A DNA stretch of 64,000 bases from the human T2T-CHM13v2.0 reference genome, Homo sapiens, in the NCBI RefSeq assembly GCF_009914755.1, contig NC_060942.1; one strand, 5' to 3'. A program made the translations under genes and the position numbers. The notes under the pieces were generated by a model. That model saw only the letters and a program-made list of their open reading frames with translations, searched no databases and was not told where the DNA came from. Shown one piece after another: positions 55,030-64,000 of the stretch. The first letter of the stretch is position 1. Each line of letters begins with the position of its first letter.

Positions 55030-55925
55030 TCAATGGTATAGAATTCCCTAGTATGGATGCACTGTACATTTACAACCCGTTTCTCTCTTCATGGACATTT
55101 AGTTTTCAAATTTTGCCTAGTGTTTAGCTGTTCTAAAATTGATTTAATGACTTGTGGATCATCTAGAAATTGAGCTTCTGAACTTTCAAGGGTGTGTGTA
55201 TATTTTAAACTTGAAGGATACTATCAAATGTTTTTCAAAAGCTTTTGCTAACTTACACCATTACCAGAGGTATATCATTTTCCCTTACCATTACTTAATA
55301 TGATCAAACTTATTAAATTTTGCCAATCTGTCACCTTAAGTTTTAATTCGCATTTACTTAGTTTTTAGAGACCTTGATCACTGTGTAATGATTACATAAC
55401 TATCTGTATTTCTCCAATTATGAATTGCTTATTCATATTTTTTAGTTTCTGAGATTTTTATCTTTTAAAAAAATTAATCAATGGAACCCATTTTGGAATC
55501 CGTATTAATCACCAGTTTTTGTATATGTTGCATAGTTTTACTCCTTTTCTTTGCCCTACCTTTTAACTTTATTTATGATGCATTATGCTATATAGCAGTA
55601 TTAACTTTCATGAGGCATATTTTCCTACACATTTTGGTAGCATTTGGACGTTGCTTTTTCTTTATGGGAACTCTTTCTAACTAAGATTATAAAAATATTT
55701 TTTCTATCATTTTTGTAATTTGGTTTCCTTATGTTAAAATTTTTTAATCCAAATGGTATTTATTTTTGTATGGTGTAGGACAATAAGTCACTTATTTTTT
55801 CCTATAAAATAAGCAGTTGAATGGACACCATTTATTATATAGCCCATCATTTCCTAATTGATCTGAAATGACATCTGTGTTTCTTATATACATGGATCTT
55901 TGTGCTGTCTGTTCTGTTCTAGTGG
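55030..55925 (-). mobile_element. Old L1M (L1ME-like) fragment
   Basis: atggacatttagttttcaaa...aaattttgccaatctg...ttttaattcgcattt...tttatttttgtatggtgtagg...caccatttatt are reverse L1 ORF2/3' motifs. Confidence 0.65.
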
Positions 55926-56849
55926 TGCATGTGGTCCAGCACTCCAAATGACATGCATCTATTTGCTAAACATCGTTGATAACATGTTCCCTTTTAGGCA
56001 GAGGAATTTGAGGTTCTTTATTCTTGTAGCTTTTAACCGATTTTAAATTTAAACAGCACAAATGTTCAGTAATCTAAAATTATCAGACTCTTTCCTTATG
56101 GGTCCTTTAGTGAGAACATAAGTTATAAAGGAGTATATATCTTAGGCTGTCTTACATAAATTGTGAAACAAGCTCCGAGTTTATATATTGGAGCACATTC
56201 TTCCAACCTACAGTGAGCTTTAAAGCAACATATATGGAGGCTTATATTCCCCTCTACTTTGAACATTTTTTGTCTTTTTTTTAAGATTTATTTTTGCCCA
56301 GAAAATTTATAAATCATAATTAATCCTGGTAAATAAATGTAATTAACTTCTTGAGTTTAATTTACGTAAAGATTTTCTTCGGATTATTCTATATGCATTT
56401 TGGAATCATATTACAAAGATACAGTAGAAACCCCCTTTCAACCGAAGTTTTATATAAACATGTATAATATTGTATAGAGTAATTCTTTTTGTGGATGTGA
56501 GTTTTTAAAGTATACTATAAACAGGCCAAAAAAAAAAAGAAATTGCATACCTGCCTAATTAACTTTGCACACACGATACACACCTCACATGTGCTCATAC
56601 ATATACTGTAACTGTTTGGGAATCTATTTTTAGTCAGATGAATTGCTGTTGCTTTTCATGTATAATAGGAAAAGCGCCGATAATGACTCACATAGTTGAA
56701 CTCATTTGTGTTTAATATAAAAACTAGTGGTAGGAAGAAAAAAAGAACAAGTACCTACCGTATTACCTGAACATATTTAATGTTATTTACCTTAATCCTC
56801 ATGATGGCATTCTGAGGTACATGTTGTTCTACCATAGAGCAACTGAAAA

Positions 56850-57060
56850 AGAAAATGTTCTGTAGTCAAAAAATTTGAGAAGCAAAATGTTAAGCAAAAC
56901 TAAGCGTATTTCTTTAAATAGAACTTTCAAAATTTTTATTTCAATTTAGATTGTGGTTTTTTTTGTAATTTTCATTTTCTGCTTAAGTACACATTGTGAG
57001 TTTCTAAGAGGAAAATGCAGTCTGCTGTATTGCCCCTACTTTCCTGAACACGGATCTCCT
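56850..57060. mobile_element. Probable hAT-Charlie-type MER fragment
   Basis: aaaaaatttgagaagc...gttaagcaaaactaagcgtatttcttta...acattgtgagtttctaagagg resembles recalled hAT MER sequence; subfamily uncertain. Confidence 0.35.
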
Positions 57061-57064
57061 CACA

Positions 57065-57290
57065 CTTGTACTTACGGTTTTTCTTAACATCTTTTAGCAT
57101 CTTCAGAAATAATATTTTTTGGAGAAGGGTTTTATAAACCTTTATACAAATTTCATGGATTTTCTGTTCATTTTTGTTGTATTTATGATCTTTTGACTTG
57201 CAGTATTTTATAGTATTCGTGTAGTCAAGTCTATCTATGTTTGACTTTATGATTTCAGCTTTTATTATACTTAGTAGTGTATGTTTGAAT
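57065..57290 (-). mobile_element. L1 ORF2 fragment
   Basis: Minus-strand peptide IIKAEIIKSNIDRLDYTNTIKYCKSKD resembles L1 ORF2 '[25 protein letters not shown]'. Confidence 0.55.
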
Positions 57291-57384
57291 AAATGGCAGA
57301 GTTTTTCCTTTCTAAAAAAGTATTTCCAGAAGAGGAATTTATGTATTTCTCTTGTTGTAAATAAACTAGAAAAATTGGAGTAAA

Positions 57385-57580
57385 AAGCAGTAGAGTGATT
57401 GGTTATAATGTGGAGTTCATGACTTACTCTTGGAGAACAAATGGAAACAACTGCCGTAGTGTTACATGATTGGGCACATGTAGCTGGAGACAGAATCTCT
57501 AGTGACAACATCATTTTTGGAGTCAAAATATGCTGTATCTCAAACTGAAGGAGGGACTGACAATATTGTACTCTAGAAAA
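57385..57580 (+). mobile_element. Fossil pogo/Tc2-type (TcMar) transposase C-terminal fragment
   Basis: Frame from 57441 reads METTAVVLHDWAHVAGDRISSDNIIFGVKICCISN*, resembling the pogo-family W..AW..I....I..SF.KC.ISN motif; disrupted by stops and frameshifts. Confidence 0.55.
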
Positions 57581-59834
57581 CTGTTAGGAGATCACAGAAA
57601 TGACTGTAGTGATAGACACTTACGCATATGAAGAGTTTGAATAGTTTATAAACATGAGTTGTAAAAGCAGTAGTTCCAAAGTAATACGTTATTTTAAAAT
57701 AATAGGTTAACTTAAATATGTATATATTCAAATCAACAAAACATATATACTATATATGTGGTTGCTTGCTTATATTTTATAGATTCAGGTGGACTCTCCC
57801 TCCAGCTCCCCACCCCACCCTCATTTTTTGACCCTTTTAGAAAAATTAAGGTTAATTTTATATTGAAAGTCATATTTTTAGGTTCATACTCTATTTAAGT
57901 ATATATGACTTAACATTCACTTAAGTCTTTTTTTAGTTTCATAATTCTTTTTAAAGCAGTTATGTGTAATCTATCCAGAATTTATTGTGAAGCCTCTTTA
58001 ACTTATCACGGAAGAATTTAACCCGCTATGTAGTGCCTTGCATTACCTAAACCATATTTTAGCCCACGAAATTAATCGCCACTTTCATTCTTAATACCAC
58101 CCTCAGTTTCCCACATTTTTAATGATTAGAGTTTCATTAAGTATAATAATTTTCAAAAATGCAGTGCTTCACTTGCATTTGTCTTTCTTGTCTTTGGCTG
58201 TCTGTTTAGTCTCTTTTTCCCCCACTTTTAAATTAAACTTAATGAACGGGTGGGCTTTCCTGTGACACAGCCGCAACACTGCAGGTGTTCTCTGACTCCT
58301 TCCCGTATCCCTTTCCCACCTCCCGTCCCCCTGGGCAGAATCCCTGTTACCTAGTGTGATCCTCATAGACCTGGTGCTGTCCATACTCCTGTGTAGAATT
58401 GTAATATGTGTGTGTTACATGTATGTATAATTACTTTACACACACATCTATATATAAGTGACTTTCGTGGTGTGTATTATGAATGTGTGTATGTACACAT
58501 ACCTCTAATTGTTTTTAGTACATACTGTTTTACATGTAGCTTTTCTCAATCTGCGGCAGACATCTTTCTCTGCCAATATGTCATATGTATGTTTCTATAT
58601 GTGCATTTGTAAAGATAAGTACATTTAGAAAGTTACTGCTGCATCACATTCTGTGATATAGCCCATTCCCTCCCTATAGATGATTGTTAACAACTCTTAC
58701 TGTAATAATGTTAACATGTTGCCTACTTATTTTATAGAGCCATTTAACCATCACTCTCAAAGAGTTCTCAAAAAAATCTTGTTAGAATTGTAATTGTGTT
58801 AACTGTATAGATTCCTTTAGCAGCAATTGATATATTTAACATTAAGCCAACCCATACAGATATGTGGTGTAAGTCTCTGTTTAGCAAACTCTCCCTTATT
58901 TTTTATTGATTTTTATACATGTGTCATAATTCAACTGTTTTGTGTTGTTGTTTTTTTAAAAGAAGTGTTTTTTGTATATTACATAAGGGGGTTTGAGTGC
59001 ACACATCCACAAAAGAAACAATTGGCCACCGCACTCAATTCAATTTTCGGTTCTTTTAGCCTCCCCCTTCAGCTAAACTACTACTATTATTTTCAATGAA
59101 TCTTTGTAAGATTTACTAAGTCATTTCTGAAGCCATCCATGGCACACACAAAAATACGCATTCTAAAATAGTGAGCGATCACTCCATGCTGTCAAGTGGT
59201 TCCCCCAAAATCACCTAGGAAATAGGAATTCTTTCTTTTTGGAGCAGCATGGAAAACATAGAGTAGTGAAGTGGGGAGATAAGCAAAATGGAAAGTGGGT
59301 TGCGGGAATGAGAACGCTCTTTGGGCGGTGGGTTGTAGGAGCTTTCTGTTGTCTAGAGTCTCTTTCCCATGCCTGACATCATAACAGACCTGATTGTTGC
59401 CAGTATTTCAAGACAGCCACTAATTTTACAAAAAAGCAAATTGGGGTAGTGAGGCCGATGCATGGATCTTCCTGGGGAAAATGGGAATCAGTGTTTGTTT
59501 AGAATCTCTGTGTGCTGGGCACTCTCCTGGGTACTTATCCTATAACATCTGTGCCAAGCTCTCTGCTGTTTGGTTTATCAGTTAGATAATATTATTAACA
59601 CATATTAATAAATACATAGAAATTACCTGGGTATGTCATAGTGATATTAATTTATTATTGGCCCGGTTCTCTCTAGTACTGTAGTTAACTCTAGATTTTT
59701 GCCATACCAGCTGACAACCACTGTCCCGTGAGTGATTTTGTGTTGGTTCTGGGTGGGCAGTTGTGATCTGGGAGAAAAAGAGCCATGCAGAATGATGAGG
59801 TCTACCAGGCAGAAACGTCCTGCTACCTGGTTCA

Positions 59835-61140
59835 TTGTGATGGAGTGGCAGGTGAATACACAGACAAGTATAATAGAATAGAAAGTCCAGAATTCACCTT
59901 ACATAATTAAAATACTGACAAAGGTGGCATCTCAAGTCAGTGGGGAAAATCTGACTTTAACAAATGTTATTGAGAGAGCTGAGTAGCAGTCTGGATCCAC
60001 ATTTAACTTACTGTAGGTTGATTTTGAATCAAATCTAGTATTTAATGTGATATAACGCAACTCTACAGGTACTAGAACCAAATTTGGAACAGTTGTTTTA
60101 TAGTCTCCAAATAAGGAAGCCATAGAACAACAGAGCAAAATTATCAACATTTGCTTTCACAACCTACCATAAGCAAAGTCAAAAGAAAAAAAATGAAACT
60201 GAAGAAAACAAGTCTGCAACTTCTGTCCTAAAGAGCCAGTCTCCTTAATTTATAAGAGAATGACCAACAATCATTTAGAAAAAAAGAGCAAAAATCTGAA
60301 TGAGCAGTACATAACAAAGAAAATATACATTGCTTTTCAGTATTTGGAAAGATAACCTCTTTGATTACAAGAGAAATGCAGGTTACACCTTAAAAATTAA
60401 AACTCCAATGAGATACCATTGTTTACCCACCACATGGGCAACAATTCAAAAATTTGGTAGCCCCCTACCTTGACAAGCGTGTACAGAAACAGGCTCAGGC
60501 TCTGAAACATTGTTAGTGGAATTGTAAATTGCTACAATTCCTCTGAAGGGCAGTATGGCAGAATTTATCAGAATTCATGCCCATTGACATTTGAAGCAAT
60601 TCCAGTTGTCATGATGCGATTGTCATGGCACCTGGAGAAATGGAAAGCATTCTACAGGATTATTCACTGGAACCTTGTTTATACTAGCAAATGATTGGAA
60701 ACATCCTAAATGCCCATCAGTGAAGAATCAGTTAGATAGAATAGGTTGTGTCCACACTGAAATACTATGAAGCTGTTAAAAAGGAGAAAAGAAGGTAAGG
60801 GTGGGAGTAGAGACATGTAGGGGAGATAAGCGTGCCCTTCGGTGTTCGATACGGCGAGGCCCCATGCTGTGCTGTTCCATGGAAAAGCGAGATGCCAGTG
60901 TGTGTGGTGCCCCTGCATTTAGCCAAGGGGAGTGGTGAGAAAAGAATATAAGACATATCTGTAGCTTGAAAAAGTAGTGTTTACTTCTCCCGAAAGATTG
61001 AGAAGAAGTTAGGGATTGTACCTAGCTGGTCATCTGGGACACAGGGTACAGTGGAGACAGTGCTGGAGGGAGACTTCTGTCATATCCATTATTGGATGCT
61101 CTGATGTTTAACAACTTCGGTGGTATAATTTTAATAACCA
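59835..61140 (+). mobile_element. Old L1M (L1ME-like) 3' portion
   Basis: acagacaagtataatagaatagaaagtccagaa...gacaaaggtggcat...caatgagataccattgtttaccc...ttggaaacatcctaaatgcccatcagt follow L1 ORF2 end/3' UTR order. Confidence 0.75.
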
Positions 61141-62713
61141 AAATAAACATCAAATTTTTTACAACTCCTTTCTCCTTAGGTTCAATAACATAAAGAGGCT
61201 TTTTGTGTCCATAGGTCATAAGTGAGTGTGTAGTACTGACTAATGATTTTGTGGAGTTCTAGAAGTACTTGTGGTGTTCTGTTTATTATTTTAACATACA
61301 TCGCCTTTGAACAGAATAAGAAATTTCTTTTATTATGTGTTTTTTAAGAAGCCCTATAAGGCATGGGTCCCATCTTGGGCCCTTTTGCTAATCAGTCACC
61401 CCGTGCTTTAAATTCTGTACGTCAAAGCTGCTCAAGACTTTCAACATGTTATATTCCAAAATTTGATTTGAAGTGCACTCTTAGAATGCCTTTTCCATGA
61501 AAGCGATGCGTGCTGTTTCTATTCTGCTGAGCCCTGCAGGAATCCTGGTGAGGAGTGTGAAGCTTGGCGCTGGGGAATCTCACTTCCCTTCCAGCAGGCT
61601 TCCTGCTCGTCGTGAGGAACGTCTTTCACCTGTGAGGGCCAGGAGAGGTTCTTCCTCAGCGGAAAGCCTGGTGACACGTTCTGTCACGTGGAGCTGTAGC
61701 AGTAGAGCGGAGTTGAGAAAGGACAGGGCAGAGCTTAGTATTTTGCTGAGAGCTGCGGATTCGGTAGCTTTTCTCTGTGTTGACGCTGACTTTGCGCTGT
61801 GTGCCGGAGCCATGCAGTGTGTGTTGCTCACCTTTCCCCTCCGTCACTTCCTACCTACCTTTAGAACTGGGAGCCACAACCTGGAGCCCAGGAATAGCTT
61901 TTACCAACTCTCTGACTTCCCAGGTGAAGATTTTGTGTTTATGTGCGCTTACCTTCTCTAAAGAAAAAGATAATGCATAGATTACATTCAGTCCTTTGGT
62001 AGTTTGCTGTACTAACCTCATTTTTTAGTTAAGGAAAAGAGATCTCAGAGTTGAGGTACTTTCCTGAGATCACAGAAACATTCTGCAGGTGCTGAAATCC
62101 TCATGTGGGGAATGGACCCGGCTGCCTGAGTTGACACCCAGGGGTGTTTCCTCTGCACCATGGTCGTCTGCTGCCAGGAATAAGAGGAAGAGGGTGGGGA
62201 TAGGACTGATCCTAGTGTTGGTTAGGAAACTGGATTGAAGGTGACAGTTCTTAGTGAATCCCCAGGGAAACTGCTCAGTCATTGCATGTTTCACTTTCTC
62301 CTTCATTCAGAGATGTGCACCAGTGTCTCTTTCTTCCTAGTTCATTACAGATGGAAAAACTGTGACATGAGTTCTTCCTAGCATTCTTCTTGTTAAAGTA
62401 TACATGTAACCCTTTGCATTTTTCTGAGAAATTGGACTTCTCATAAATTTTCTTAAAAGAAAAATTTCTTAACTCTTTCATAGGGAAACACCAAGATACA
62501 TATAGATGGTGACAGATATAAGCTTCTTGGCTTGTAATAGGAGGTCCCAGGTGGCAGAAGAGGGAAATTCAGAGATAAAATAAGGTCTAGGGATATTTCC
62601 AGAGGAGCAGTGCGAGGCCAGGAGGAGTCACACCAGCTCAGGAATGGGCCTAGTATCCTTAGTTTACGTCTTTTTCACCCAAGGTATCTGCTGTGCAGTG
62701 ATTAGTAAAGAGT

Positions 62714-62724
62714 GTTCGAATCGG

Positions 62725-62755
<31 letters not shown>

Positions 62756-63091
62756 CATGTGTGTGCTGGTATGGTGAGGTTGTATGCAGCATTGGTTCGA
62801 ATCAGGAGTGTGTGTGTGTGTGTGTGCATGTGTGTACTGGTATGGTGAGGTTGTGTGCAGCATTGGTTCGAATCGGGAGTGTGTGTGTGTGTGTGTTCAT
62901 GCATGTGTGTGCTGGTATGGTGAGGTTGTGTGCAGCATTGGTTCGAATCGGGAGTGTGTGTGTGTGCATGCATGTGTGTGCTGGTATGGTGAGGTTGTGT
63001 GCAGCATTGGTTCGAATCGGGAGTGTGTGTGTGTGTGCGTGCATGTGTGTGCTGGTATGGTGAGGTTGTATGCAGCATTGGTTCGAATCGG

Positions 63092-63129
<38 letters not shown>

Positions 63130-64000
63130 GTATGGTGAGGTTGTATGCAGCATTGGTTCGAATCGGGAGTGTGTGTGTGTATGTGTGTGTGTACATGTGT
63201 GTGCTGGTATGGTGAAGTTGTGTGAAGCATTGGTTCGAATCGGGAGTGTGTGTGTGTGTGCATGTGTGTGCTGGTATGGTGAGGTTGTGTGCAGCATTGG
63301 TTCGAATCGGGAGTGTGTGTGTGTGTGCGTGCATGTGTGTGCTGGTATGGTGAGGTTGTGTGCAGTATTGGTTCGAATCGGGAGTGTGTGTGTGTGTGTG
63401 CATGTGTGTGCTGGTATGGTGAGGTTGTGTGCAGCATTGGTTCGAATTGGGAGTGTGTGTGTGTGTGCGTGCATGTGTGTGCTGGTATGGTGAGGTTGTG
63501 TGCAGCATTGGTTCGAATCGGGAGTGTGTGTGTGTGTGTGTGTGCATGCATGTGTGTGCTGGTATGGTGAGGTTGTATGCAGCATTGGTTCGAATCGGGA
63601 GTGTGTGTGTGTATGTGTGTGTGTACATGTGTGTGCTGGTATGGTGAAGTTGTGTGAAGCATTGGTTCGAATCGGGAGTGTGTGTGTGTGTGCATGTGTG
63701 TGCTGGTATGGTGAGGTTGTGTGCAGCATTGGTTCGAATCGGGAGTGTGTGTGTGTGCGTGCATGTGTGTGCTGGTATGGTGAGGTTGTGTGCAGTATTG
63801 GTTCGAATCGGGAGTGTGTGTGTGTGTGTGCATGTGTGTGCTGGTATGGTGAGGTTGTGTGCAGCATTGGTTCGAATTGGGAGTGTGTGTGTGTGTGCGT
63901 GCATGTGTGTGCTGGTATGGTGAGGTTGTGTGCAGCATTGGTTCGAATCGGGAGTGTGTGTGTGTGTGTGTGTGCATGCATGTGTGTGCTGGTATGGTGA
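62714..64000. repeat. Compound minisatellite (VNTR-like): 42-bp core CTGGTATGGTGAGGTTGTGTGCAGCATTGGTTCGAATCGGGA plus variable (GT)n/GCAT tract; 67-81-bp units; truncated by the window end
   Basis: GTTCGAA starts at 62714, 62795, 62866, 62941, 63010, 63081, 63156, 63233, 63300, 63371, 63440, 63511, 63588, 63665, 63732, 63801, 63870 and 63941 (18 copies). Confidence 0.97.

Noticed and set aside
56972-57526. 184-aa minus-strand ORF
   Set aside because: Non-ATG start, and a chimaera of an L1 ORF2 remnant with DNA-transposon debris; no splice or domain support.
62766-62810. tRNA gene suggested by GGTTCGAATC
   Set aside because: The flanks cannot form a T-stem, acceptor stem or anticodon arm; only the B-box motif is present.
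62714-64000. CRISPR-like appearance (constant ~42-bp repeat with variable spacers)
   Set aside because: The spacers are only (GT)n/GCAT slippage variants, not unique sequences. There are no cas genes, and the context is a primate intron.
62644-64000. Long His/Thr-rich and Cys/Val-rich ORFs (up to 440 aa)
   Set aside because: Translations of the tandem repeat, open in several frames on both strands simply because the unit has few stop codons.

Overview
AT-rich primate (human-like) genomic DNA, almost entirely intronic. It contains three short + strand coding exons (24577-24743, 28416-28499, 37314-37434). They splice in frame via canonical AG/GT sites into a tandem C2H2 zinc-finger array with TGEK[P/S][F/Y] linkers, which I recognise as part of ZNF407. 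The gene's start and end lie outside the window. The introns carry ordinary primate repeats: Alu/FLAM/FRAM, a THE1B solo LTR, old L1M, L2, MIR, hAT-Charlie and Tigger elements, and microsatellites. Nearly all ORF-track entries are repeat or low-complexity artefacts. The most unusual object is a compound minisatellite running off the right edge (62714-64000). It has 18 units, each a ~42-bp constant core plus a variable (GT)n tract, and a 6-unit ~430-bp higher-order duplication. Most units carry a Pol III B-box (GTTCGAATC), and on the ZNF407 sense strand a 5' splice-site-like motif, UG repeats and a UGCAUG motif. Other leads are two candidate recursive splice sites, an inverted Alu pair, PBX/HOX/MEIS motif clusters, a DUX4-type site in an antisense LTR, and a fossil pogo-type transposase fragment. 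Repeat subfamily calls were made by eye from remembered consensus sequences, and all functional proposals are untested inference.
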